Made by a program: the position numbers and the translations under genes
NCBI GenBank assembly: GCA_965644295.1
Contig: CBFFRP010000065.1
Coordinates: 62,001 to 126,000, forward strand
DNA from: Paraphysomonas bandaiensis
Taxonomy: Eukaryota; Protista; Chrysophyceae
Length of the DNA: 64,000 nt
Direction: 5' to 3'
The notes under the pieces: generated by a model
Told to the model about the DNA's origin: nothing
Seen by the model: the letters and a program-made list of their open reading frames with translations, nothing else
Databases searched by the model: none
Shown here: positions 25,101 through 38,155 of the stretch, piece by piece
Layout: each line of letters starts with the position of its first letter
Position numbering within the stretch: position 1 is the stretch's first letter

Positions 25101-28100
25101 TAGAAGGATATGGCCATGCTATTAGTACTACAGATGACTTCTTGCATTTTGACTTGGAAATCTACTCATTCTTTCCTGTAGTGGGAAGTCTGTCTGGAGG
25201 GCAGAGAGTAACGATAGAAGGTCGTGGGTTTCGAAAACAAACTCAAGTTGTAATGGGGTCGGGATATTGCACAGTGGAATCGATTTCCTCATCCCGAATT
25301 GTTTGTATAACTCCCGCATTGAGTGTTTCCTTTCCTGTTAACTCTACTAATGGCATAGTCTGTGCCAATGTAACTAACTTTCATTCCCGGTGCATGGATG
25401 AATTAGAAGTCGCATGGGAGAGAAATGTTTCGATTGTTATCGACAATGTCACATCTTCGGAGTTTTACAAGTATAGTGTGATGTATAGTCCCACTGTTGA
25501 TACTATATCTCCAAGACAAATATCGTCGGCGTTGACAAGCGTTATAGATATAATTGGAAATGGATTTACAGCAATGACTACTGTTTCTATCGCTGCAAAA
25601 GAGTGCGTCATACAGCAAGTATACCCAGATATGATATCATGTTTGTTGGTTCGTTCAGCTGCAACGGATGTGGGCCTTACGCCCGTGTACATTGATGTTC
25701 CAGGTAAAGGATACGCGTCAGAAGCGAGCCACATGGGCGACTTTCCCGTCGTTGAGTTTGGGTTTGGAGTGAATTCTATTTATCCACCAACTGGAAGTGT
25801 GGCAGGTGGTACCACGCTTTATATTGATGGGTTTGGGTTTTTGGACCGAATGCCTAATAGGCATTCAGTTACGCTCACAGATGTTAATTACTCGAGTAGT
25901 GAATATGATCGACTTGTATTTGGTCTGGGTCTTTCTCAGAGACTTGGAGGTACAGTGGAGTGTACGGTACTAGAAGTGTCATTTGATCAGATTGTATGCT
26001 CACTTCCTTCAATGGATGCTATGGAAGAACGCACATATAGAGTATCGGTCACTTTAAATGATATGACTTCTTCTTGTGTGTCAAATGGTTGTCTTTTTCA
26101 TCAAGTAAATGGCAGTACCCCAATTATATCATCAGCAAATATTTTTTTCATGGATCCGTTCTCCGGATCAATGGCGATTGATGTATATGGCAATCCGCAG
26201 CTGCTTCAACCCGAGAGAGTGCAAGTATCATTGAATAATGACAACTGTATTGTTGTGAATATGTTTAACGATTCAATTCGAGTAGATTGTCCAGCAGTTA
26301 CTGCCGGTTACAACATGCTATCTAGTTTCGTTGAAGGATTTGGTTATGCTTTTGTAGAGTGGCAAGGATTTATTGAGTCCTGGCTTCATGTAACGGAGGT
26401 AGTTCCTTCTTTGGAAGTAGGTTCACTTGGAGGGGGAACTCCTTGGCAGATACATGGCTATGGATTTAGCTCAGAGTGCCGGAACAATTTTATTTCTATT
26501 CGATTGAGCGATTCATCTGTAGTAGTGGTCCCGTTTTCTCATATTATTGACTGTTCAGTAACAGTTATACAACTGCTGACTCCCTCTGTAGCACATCTCT
26601 TCGGCGGTGAGTCATTTGTTGTATCAACCGCCACTTCACTGAATGTAACAGAAGTTATGGTTGAGTACAATGGGTTGAATACCTCCCTTTCGGCTATTGA
26701 TTTTATGTATTCTCATGTGCATACACCCATTGTGTCAGCTTCAGGTACCAGAGGTGTAGCGGGTGATAATATCACTCTGTTGCTGTCGATGCCTGTTGTT
26801 GGGATTAATAGCACCACGACAACTATTTCTATTAATGGCACCACTTGTTCCGTTTTGCTCTATAAGCCCATTTCTGTCGTCTCAACAGCATTTTTTTGTC
26901 AAGCACCACCACTTCAAGGAGGAGTTTTGCATGATGTGATTATCAGTGTTGGACCATTTGGAAATGCGTTGACCTCGACAGGTACTGTGCCAACATTCTA
27001 TTCTGAATTCATAGTTGCAGCATTGGCCTCAACAAAACTGATCAGCAGCGTGGCTGGCGGATCTCTAATTGAAGTTACAGGGTCTGGTCTCTCTGCGGAA
27101 ACCTCTGTATCAGTGTGTGGCATAAGTTGCACTGCCAGTCACTACGGGTATGATCACTTTTGCTGCTTTACTCCATCTCGCAGAACTATATCATCTGTTC
27201 TTTATTTTGAATCTATTGGGGCAATTACTGATACCATCGAGAACCTGGAGGGATCACTATTTGGATCGACGTCAAGTAGACTCGGGTATTTGGAAGATGG
27301 GGACTACACGACCTACTACTACCACAATACAGTTAATTGCTATATTGGCATTGATATTCCTGACGGGCATGCAGCACGTCCCTATCGTCTGCGATTCTAT
27401 CCCCGGTTACAATACGCTCACTACATTGGTGCAACTGTTTTCGAAGGTAGCGTGGATGGAGGTGACACATATATTGTAATCGACAAAATCGAAAGTGCAC
27501 ATGAAGGATGGAATTATTTTGAGGCGAATGAATCTACGAGAGAGATGTGGTTTACCAAACTTCGATTCCGTTCCAGTGATCCCTTAAAAACTTCAATGTG
27601 TCTGATATCAGAGATTCGATTTCTTGGTACATATGCTGCACAATCTGACTCATGTGACATTGCGGTGTCTTCGACGCCATCCACAAGTTCAACAGTAGTT
27701 GGGACAGTGACATACGATGCTGCAACTACCACCCCGCTTGTAAAGTCTATATCTCCCAATAATGGAAGTGCGCTCGGAAAAACTACAATTACTATCCAGG
27801 GACAGAATTTTTTATCTCCAGTAAATATGACTTCGGCATCCATGAATATGAATATGTTTGGTATGAACCACAGTGACGAGGTGGCGGTCCATGTTCACCT
27901 TAATGGAATGCCTTGTGAAGTGATAAGCGCATTGTCAACTGAGATTACATGCATAACGGCGGAAAGAGATCTCGATCATGTGCATCATGCAGATACATCT
28001 GTTTACGTCAACGGAATTGGGAATGCCGTGGTCGATTCCAGCGCTAAGTTTTTGTATATTGATAGGTGGAGTGATCTGACTACTTGGAGAAATCAGGAAC

Positions 28101-31100
28101 CACCAGTGGATGGCGACTTAGTCTGGATTCCTGAAGGACAAGTAGTTTTACTGGATATTAATACTCCGGTGCTCTCCATGCTTTTGATTGAAGGGGAATT
28201 ATATTTCGATACTACTCGGGATGTGAAATTAGATGCGGAGTATATATATGTAAACGGAGGTCGCCTCCAAGTGGGAACAGCGGCGGAGCCTTATGAACGG
28301 AAGGCAATCATCACGCTTCACGGTGATAGATATACTTCTATTGAAATTCCTCATCTGGGGTCGAAAGTGCTCGGTGTTGCTGCCAAAGGCATGGTACACT
28401 CACACGGTGGGACCGGAGAGCATGTGGGTGAACATAGTATGGGATATCTTGAAATACACGGTGCAAAGCGACTTCGAACGTGGACGAAATTAAGAGAAAC
28501 AGCACAAGCTGGTTGTAATTTTATTATAACTGCAGAAGAAGTTGATTTCAAAGCAGGTGAGAAAATTGTTATAACGGGATCCGAAATACCCCATGACGGG
28601 GAATTCCAAGAAGAAGTTGTTACAGTCCTTTCAAATGACGACCTACATACTGTATATTTCGAACCACCGTTGATTTTTACTCATCGCTCCGAAGTTGTCA
28701 TGATTGAAGGCCGTGAAATCGACCTACGTTGCGAGGTGGGTTTGTTGACACGTAATGTGGTCATACAAGGCGATGACAAAAGTGATAGCCAAATGTTTGG
28801 AGTTCATACCATAGGAATGTCTGGTATATATCGTATCGAAAACGCTGAAATAACAAAATGTGGACAAGCGTTTAATCTTGGACGATATTGCACACATGCG
28901 CATCATGGAGGGAATTTCGAGGGAAACTATGTGAAGGCGAATAGCATTCACCACAGTTTTCAGCGTGCTGTCACCACACACGACACTTCACACTGGGAAG
29001 TGCGTGATAATGTTGCGTATGATGTGATGGGTCATGCATACTTCGTTGAAGATGGAAACGAGTTTTACAATAGTATCAGTGGAAATTTAGGTATTCGCAT
29101 CAAAACGTCAAGTGCTTTGCTAAAGTCAGACATCAAGCCAGCAGTTTTCTGGACTACTAATCCAAACAACTTTTGGTATGATAATGTTGGTGTTCATTCT
29201 CATTCTTTCGGCTTTTGGTTTGAGCTACCACCAGAACCACCTGTTGGGGCTATCAACAATGTATGTAGCCACAATGAACACCTAGGGGAATTCATCAACA
29301 ATACTTTTCACGGAAATGGTGTCTTGGGACTCCGTATTTATCCACGCTGGACACCACACGAAATTCCATGCGACGAATCATCACCTCCAGCTCCGCAGTA
29401 TCTCCGCGATATGGTTTCCTATAGAAATGGTGGTAACGGTATGTTCAGTAAAAACCACGGTGATTTGCATCATGTCGGGCACACCTTTGTTGAAAATGGT
29501 GGCATCGGCATCTCGATACTTCACTACTTGCATGTTGGCTACACGATGAACCCCACATTTTTGGATACATATTTAATTGGATCAATTGATCCCCATTTCA
29601 ATTCTGATACAGTTATGAATTTAGCTGTATTGGCCCCACAAGATGAGTTCTTTTATATGAAAGATACAACTGTGATAAATTATGGCAGGGGCGGCGCATT
29701 ATCAGGTTGTAATGGCTGTTTAAACGGGGAAAACATGAATCAGGGAGCGAAGACATATCGTTTTTCGGGTTTGAAGTTTGTCAACACAACAAGGCGAACG
29801 CGCTGGTCCCCACATTACAAACAGATTTTTTGGGACTTAGATGGAACATTAGCAGGATACAGTAATTCATATGTATTGCAGTGGTATGATTTTAACGCCT
29901 GGTCTCCTCATTGCTCCCGACTTCCGATTGAAGTTTATGGTGACACTATGATCTGTGTCAATACGACAGTGAGGAGAGTAGAAATCGATTTTGTTGAGCC
30001 TATTGAATTAGACTTTACGGACCTAAGCATTTATGGTGACAATCGCAGTGCGGAGCTATACTTCCTCCCTTATGATACCTACGGGTGGGTAGCCCCCCTT
30101 GTAGTAAACCACACATACTCACTCGAGTGGACGGATTCTGGTGTGTCACCGACTAAATTCCATTTGAATATGGGTGCTCAAGCACAGACATATATTGCTG
30201 AGGTTGTCGCAACTGGTAACAACGAGGCTATTGGCTTGAATTTTCAACCTAACCCTTATGATTATATACCGTACTCTTATGAGGTCAGCTACAACGGGCT
30301 ATGGAAATATAGCGATGTGAACTTCAGCGTATCGTTGTCTGACGATATGGCCAGCAGCTCCTTTGTAAATGGTAGTCTGAATGTTATATTGTCCTCCAAT
30401 GCAGCGAATGAATCTATCGCCGATCCGTATGGGGTTGCCGTGGAGGCTCGACTATGCCCCCCAGTGGGTTGTCCGATTCCACCACTTCCTTCGATACCTT
30501 CCAATTACACTTTATGGAGTGATTACACATCTTGGCCTAATAATGTGGTACCCTCTGCGAATCAAGATGTAGTTATTGAAGGGGATATGTGGATTCATAT
30601 GGACATTTCACCTCCCCCACTTAAAACTCTAATTGTTTATGGGAAACTTACATTCAAGAGTGGCTTGGATGAAACGCTGAAACTTCAGGTTTCTAATTTG
30701 CTAGTGTATGGTGTAGTTGAGGTTGCAGGTCTTCACAAGGCTCCGTTTAATGGCAAGGCAGAAATAATTCTAGCAGGAAAGAAATCTTCGTCGCTTCCGG
30801 TACTTGTTGGAGAGGGCAAATTTATTGGTTCAAAGGTGCTGGCAGTTATGGGTGATCTTACGATGATTGGTAAACCGGTAATTGAATCATGGGTGCGACT
30901 GGGACAGACCGCTTATAGAAGCAGTTCCACTGCTGTTTTGAATGTGAAATCTACGTCTTGGTCCATCGGGGACGAAGTTGTGTTTGCGCCAACTGCATAC
31001 TTTGTCGAGGATGGTGGACTATGGAGTGACAGTGTTGAAGCTGTAGAAATTCGTACAGTGACAGATATCTCGAAGGTTGAAAATATGACTCAGATTAGCT

Positions 31101-34100
31101 TCGACAAACCACTGGAACACACTCATATGTGCCAGCTCTTAGAGGGTCATAATTTTTGCGGTGCTGTGGGTATACTATCCCACAACCTTAAAATACGCTC
31201 CCTGGATTCCGATATTGTTTCCGATACCACTAATTATGGGTTTGGAGGACATATTGTCGCAGTTGATTTAATTGAGGAACTTTACTCAGCAGAAAGATTT
31301 TTCTCCGGTGCGTTACATCTAGAGGGCGTAGAACTTAAAAACCTTGGTAAAGTGAATTCCGACCATTACGCCGTGTCGTTTGATTACTCTGGTGAACATG
31401 CTTATAATCTAGTGGCAAATTGTTCCTTTGTTGGTGGCTATAACTTTGCTGTTAAAGCTGCTGCAACTGCTGGACTGGTCATTCGAAGTAATGTCGCCGT
31501 TGGAAATTGGGGTGGTGGTATATATGTAGAGTCGACTTGTTCAAATTTTACGATTATTAACAACCTTGTTGTCGGAGTTCACCAACTACCGTCAGTGTTG
31601 TTGAGTAGTTTCCCCTGGGTTAGACCTGTGGCAGGTTTTACTGTGGAGAGTATTGATGGAGTTGTTCGGGATAACATTGTAGCCGGTTCGTATGATCAAG
31701 GGTTTGCGATTGCGACGAAATTTTTTATACGTTCTGATAGCTCTCTGTGCACTGTGACAAGAGGCCTTGCGTACGACTACAACCCGGACGATATGATTAC
31801 CCGTGGACGCTTTTTTAACAATGAAGCTGTGGGTTGTCGAGGTGGTTTTTCCGTAATGAATGTAGGTGCGTTCGAAAGTGCGCCGTCTGATTGCGCCGTT
31901 GTGAACGGTATGAAGGCGTGGAGGAATGCTCACACAGGAATTATGGCTATTGCAGCCGAATCCAGTATAGTTGTGGCCGATGTAGTTTTAGCAGAAAATC
32001 ATATTGGGATTGTGGTTGATTATTTTAAGTTATCGACGAATGCTTTTTCCGGTATTGTGATGTCGACTATCATAGGGAGTCTGCATCCTGACGGTGCTTA
32101 TAATTTAAATGACACCAATTGGGACAGAAAATGCCAAGTCTTTTCTGAAAATGATCCTTTTGGTTTGTCTACGGAATGTAAATCTAGTATAGGTCAGTTT
32201 TACCAGAGAGTTGGAATTCTTGTATCTCAGTTCACGAACCGTGGGAAAACTTGTGGCGTGGAAGGTAGATGGGATCAGTGCCAGCCTCCTACCACCCCAG
32301 ACAGACTTTGCTCCATGCCATTTGAGAGCAGATACGGTTTGCCCGTGGGAATACAATATACAGAGATGCATATTCATGACACTGTCTTTAGTGGGTTCCA
32401 AAGTAATAACATGACGGATACTGCACGAGAATCTGCAGCAATTGCAATCAATCCTACCCAGGTCGATCAACAGCCGAGTATTATTGTATCTGGACTAACG
32501 TGGAGGGGCACCACAGAAGGGAGAATGGACAGAAGCGCTCGATTTGGATTCAAGTCGACAGGGCGAGGCTGTGATTCACGAACGTGTATGGGATTGGATA
32601 TGGCATTGATTCATGATATTGACGGGTCTGGTGGAAGTTATGGGGCTGCGGGGCAGATTGTGTTTGGTAATCCTGGATACAGTGCGCCCTACCCACTCTG
32701 TACTTCAGCGTCAGAACTTGGCATCAGTCTGACCTTTTGTCCGAGTATTTCAAATGGGTCGAGTACAACAGCTTTCCGTCAGTATGGAGCCACCTGGCGG
32801 GACCACCAAATGTTTCGCATCGGACCTATGCAAGTAACTCGTGAGTTTGCAACTCCACTGGAGAATCGAACTTTTGCGTCGTATGGACCAACAGATCACA
32901 TGTGTCCTAAGCGCTTTTACTTCAGCCGTTTTCCATTGTTCCTTGCTGCTGGTGTGAAACACAGGATAGTTTCGACTGGCACCGTCCCGTCAACATGGTT
33001 CTTGCGTTGGGACTCCCCATACGAAACTGATTCGACTGTAGTTGAGTTTTTCATACACGGCTCGAATAGTGTGAGAGTGTTTATTTCATCGAACCCTACT
33101 GGTCCTTACACTGAAATCACCCGGTTTACAGACCGTTATCCCACACTAGCAGACCCTGCTGGGTCCAGTGCACGTGATCCACAAAGACGAACCCTGACAG
33201 TCACACTACGTGGTGGAAAGAAGAGGTTTTATAAATTTGTTGTTGTTCCTGTAGTTGCCATTAATATGAAGCTGGAGATGGATTTTGATACTTTTAACAC
33301 AGACAATTTTATCGCTAATATGGCAATGCTATTGAAAATTCCTATAAGTCGTATCAAGGTTGCCGAAGTTCGCCGCGGAAGTGTCATCATTGATTGGATC
33401 ATAGATCCTGTGGAATCGGGTAATTCGTTACTCAATACAACAGTCGGTAACTCCACAACTCCAAGCAATGCGACCTTAGGAAACGTGACCGAATCAACCA
33501 ATTCCACTGAAGTGGAGATCAATGTCGAACTTGAACTTGCTCAGCAAGTGCAGGAGATGCAAGAGATCGTCAGTAATTTTACGGCAGTTGTTTTTTCTGG
33601 TGAGCTAGCAGAAGTCCTTGATGTTCCAATCGATACATTGACTCTCATTGAGCCAACAATTCCTGAATCTACAACAGAGGATTTTGAAGATGATGATGGT
33701 GGGCATAACACCACTGAAACGAATACCACTGAATCCGAAGTTACATCGCCAGCCAAGCAGGGAAATGTGATGTTCTTGGTGTCGAAGCCACCTACTAGTT
33801 ATCCGACTGGTCAACCATCAAACATGCCCACAGGTGAACCAACAACTGTGCCGAGTGGTGAGCCGTCAAGTCAACCATCGTGCATTCCAAGTGGCCAACC
33901 AAGTTCTTGGCCTACTGTTACACCATCATCTGCACCGACTACGATTCCAAGTGGAGAACCGAGCTCAGTTCCATCAGGTGAACCGTCTGGGTTCCCCACT
34001 TGTATGCCAAGTGGCGAGCCAAGCACTTCACCATCCAGTCAGCCGTCAGGACAACCAACATCTGTTCCAACGTCATCTGCACCGACTACGATTCCAAGTG

Positions 34101-37100
34101 GAGAGCCGAGCTCAGTTCCATCAGGTGAACCGTCTGGATTCCCCACTTGTGTGCCAAGTGGCGAGCCAAGCACTTCACCATCCAGTCAGCCGTCAGGACA
34201 ACCAACATCTGTTCCAACGTCATCTGCACCGACTACGATTCCAAGTGGAGAGCCGAGCTCAGTTCCATCAGGTGAACCGTCTGGATTCCCCACTTGTATG
34301 CCAAGTGGCGAGCCAAGCACTTCACCATCCAGTCAGCCGTCAGGACAACCAACATCTGTTCCAACGTCATCTGCACCGACTACGATTCCAAGTGGAGAGC
34401 CGAGCTCAGTTCCATCAGGTGAACCGTCTGGATTCCCCACTTGTGTGCCAAGTGGCGAGCCAAGCACTTCGCCATCCAGTCAGCCGTCAGGACAACCAAC
34501 ATCTGTTCCAACGTCATCTGCACCGACTACGATTCCAAGTGGAGAGCCGAGCTCAGTTCCATCAGGTGAACCGTCTGGATTCCCCACTTGTATGCCAAGT
34601 GGCGAGCCAAGCACTTCACCATCCAGTCAGCCGTCAGGACAACCAACATCTGTTCCAACGTCATCTGCACCGACTACGATTCCAAGTGGAGAGCCGAGCT
34701 CAGTTCCATCAAGTGAACCGAGTATAGTGCCATCAACATCTCCATCGGCGGAACCCTCTGCCCTGCCTTCAACGTTACCAAGTAGTAGTCCAAGTGGTGC
34801 ACCATCTGGAGAGCCTTCTAGTTTGCCAAGTGGGTCCCCATCTTGCATTCCTTCTTCCCTTCCATCTTACGTCCCCACATCATCACCCTCAAGTGAGCCG
34901 TCATGTATACCATCGTCCTATCCGAGTGGCGCTCCAAGTAGTAGTCCAAGTGGTGCACCATCTGGAGAGCCTTCTAGTTTGCCAAGTGGGTCTCCATCTC
35001 GCATTCCTTCTTCCCTTCCATCTTACGTCCCCACATCATCACCCTCAAGTGAGCCGTCATGTATACCATCGTCCTATCCGAGTGGCGTTCCAAGTAGTAG
35101 TCCAAGTGGTGCACCATCTGGAGAGCCTTCTAGTTTGCCAAGTGGGTCTCCATCTCGCATTCCTTCTTCCCTTCCATCTTACGTCCCCACATCATCACCC
35201 TCAAGTGAGCCGTCATGTATACCATCGTCCTATCCGAGTGGCGTTCCAAGTAGTAGTCCAAGTGGTGCACCATCTGGAGAGCCTTCTAGTTCGCCAAGTG
35301 GGTCTCCATCTCGCATTCCTTCTTCCCTTCCATCTTACGTCCCCACATCATCACCCTCAAGTGAGCCGTCATGTATACCATCGTCCTATCCGAGTGGCGC
35401 TCCAAGTAGTAGTCCAAGTGGTGCACCATCTGGAGAGCCTTCTAGTTTGCCAAGTGGGTCTCCATCTCGCATTCCTTCTTCCCTTCCATCTTACATCCCC
35501 ACATCATCACCCTCAAGTGAGCCGTCATGTATACCATCGTCCTATCCGAGTGGCGTTCCAAGTAGTAGTCCAAGTGGTGCACCATCTGGAGAGCCTTCTA
35601 GTTTGCCAAGTGGGTCTCCATCTCGCATTCCTTCTTCCCTTCCATCTTACGTCCCCACATCATCACCCTCAAGTGAGCCGTCATGTATACCATCGTCCTA
35701 TCCGAGTGGCGTTCCAAGTAGTAGTCCAAGTGGTGCACCATCTGGAGAGCCTTCTAGTTTGCCAAGTGGGTCTCCATCTCGCATTCCTTCTTCCCTTCCA
35801 TCTTACGTCCCCACATCATCACCCTCAAGTGAGCCGTCATGTATACCATCGTCCTATCCGAGTGGCGCTCCAAGTAGTAGTCCAAGTGGTGCACCATCAG
35901 GAGAGCCTTCTAGTTTGCCAAGTGGGTCTCCATCTCGCATTCCTTCTTCCCTTCCATCTTACGTCCCCACATCATCACCCTCAAGTGAGCCGTCATGTGT
36001 ACCATCGTCCTATCCGAGTGGCGCTCCAAGTAGTAGTCCAAGTGGTGCACCATCAGGAGAGCCTTCTAGTTTGCCAAGTGGAGTTCCGTCTTTTTTGCCA
36101 ACGACACTTCCATCTTTCGTTCCTTCTAGTGGGCCAACCTTTGTTCCGTCAATTTCTCCTACTGGATTGCCCTCCGGACTTCCAGTTTCAGTCCCCACTT
36201 GTGTTCCGACTCTTGAACCGACAACTGCTTTACAAACAGAGCTGACCATTTCCGCTTCGTCTTCCTTGTCTGGTATCAACGCATCGGGATTTGATGCTGA
36301 TTACATCGACGCATTCAAAGAAGGGCTCGTTGAGTCATCCAACCACACTCTGGCGAAAAAGAACATAAATATCACGGGAGTAACGAATGAAGTCGGATTA
36401 TTATCCGGTAGAAAGTTGAGCGCATCGTCCGTTTTAGTTCACTTCAAAATTAAATTTATTATTGAGAAGCTGGGTGTACAGAGGAGTGATGCTTTCGATA
36501 CTGTATACACGAAAATTAAGTATTCAATTGAGTCTCCAAAGATGATGACAACCATGAATAATTTCGTGGCTGCATCCAAAGGAGATAGCGCTGTTATTTT
36601 GTCGGTTGAATCGTTTGAGGCATTTATGGACGATTCCCAAATTGTATCTATTGTCAGTGCGTCACCTTCCTCACAGCCAACGTCTGAGCCGAACGACAAT
36701 ACTGGAAGTGTACTAGCGGGATGGATGTTGTCGACTATGATATTAGGAGGTTCCGTTGTAGTCTTAGTGCTGATTGCCGGCTGCTACTCACTTCGAATCG
36801 CTGCCAGTAAATATGTTGAATCGAAGACACATTCGAAGAAATTTGTAGACCTAAGTGAACTTCAAGATAAACCGAAACCGAGCAATCGTGCGACCGGAAA
36901 GCTCAGCCGTATTGCTGTTTTTCAGGAAGAAAAGGAGTGGAATGTCGAGTTAGACAAACCTATCCAAAGCGGACCTGTAGAGATTATCACACCGAATGAC
37001 CCTCCGGTATCGTATTCTAGCAGTCCTACACCTGACAATGCAATATATCAAGCAGATATTGTAGAACCTATGGTACACATTTCTTTGAATTTCTGATGTT

Positions 37101-37598
37101 TTGTTAACCTCTGACATTGTTTGTGTTTATCGTAGATTAACCCCCGTGCATCTGTCAAGCCGATCAAAATTGCAAGCGGTCAAACTTCTTACAACATACG
37201 CGACGGTAGTGTGTCAAGACTTGACTGCGGAGAGGTATTGTTTTTTAATGTAATTCTCCTGCATGAACTTATACGTTGAATAGATTGCTGATTCAAAGCA
37301 TGATCCTTCTGGTGAGGTTGGAGCTTCTACTGAAACGGACTCTGTTAAACCTGTGTCGAGAGTTGCACCTTTCAAGAGAATGGCTTCCCTGGATTTGGAG
37401 GGAGGAAGTCGAGTTCCTTTACCTTCCCAACCGACAAATGCCAACTCTTTACCGAGTTCAGATGTGAGTAGAGAGGAACAGCAAACTAAAGCGGCGACAG
37501 ACTTGAATGATATGCTTTGGCTGCATCAACAAGTGCAAGAAATATCCAGGTTAAAGTCGTCCAAAAGAAATGATACTTATGTAATAGAAGACTTGTAA
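22126..37598 (+). CDS. Giant fibrocystin-L/PKHD1L1-like type I membrane protein (~5000 aa)
   Basis: Signal peptide; many IPT/TIG repeats (P.SGS..GGT.V.I.G.GF); PA14 (YTFYIASDDQG); F5/8-like domain; two G8 domains (WSDLTTW..., WSDYTSW...) each followed by PbH1 beta-helix; Pro/Ser repeat stalk; TM (MILGGSVVVLVLIAGCY). Short introns near 23599, 23903, 24224, 24456, 37073 and 37235. Confidence 0.88.
33926..34718 (+). repeat. Coding tandem repeat, 147-bp unit x ~5.4
   Basis: Units start at 33926, 34073, 34220, 34367, 34514 and 34661 and encode a 49-aa SSAPTTIPSGEPSSVPSGEPSGFPTC(M/V)PSGEPSTSPSSQPSGQPTSVPT unit. Confidence 0.97.
34778..36081 (+). repeat. Coding tandem repeat, 156-bp unit x ~8.3
   Basis: Near-identical 52-aa units PSSSPSGAPSGEPSSLPSGSPSRIPSSLPSYVPTSSPSSEPSCIPSSYPSG(A/V). 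Confidence 0.97.
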
Positions 37599-38155
37599 GC
37601 AAGCATTTCGGAGCTTTTATGTATATATTTTACTTGATATAGCGTACTAAGTACTAAGTAGTACATTGTAATGAGAGTGCGACGATACGTGCACCAGCAT
37701 TGAGCGTCAGCTTGTGCTTGAAAGTAAACAATATGTCAATTAAGAAGTGAATCATGTTTTGTTTACGGAAGTGTGTAATCTATATTCACTCTTGTTCCAT
37801 TTGCAGTCATAGATTTACGATTTACGGAAGTCGGACCTATCAATGAAGACACAAATAATAATATATATATACAATTCCTATCATATTTTTTTTGGTTTTT
37901 CAGATAGTACGCACTCCTTTTTACCCTTACTGGTGCTCCACTGGGTATGAAAATACAGCTCCCAGGCAATCCTCCACTAGGTACACTACTCAGACTTTAA
38001 ATATTCTGATCTGAAGTAGCAGATATTTGATCTATTGAGGACGTCAGGAAGGACAGAATGTAACGAGCTCAACAATGTATTATATGATTATGATATATAT
38101 AAAACACTATCTTAATATGTGGGAAAGTTTCGTAGAGCTTCAGGTATTGCGCTTG

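Noticed and set aside
33834-36245. Long His/Gln/Val-rich alternative-frame ORFs (297 and 483 aa)
   Set aside because: By-products of stop-free tandem repeats in the Pro/Ser stalk.
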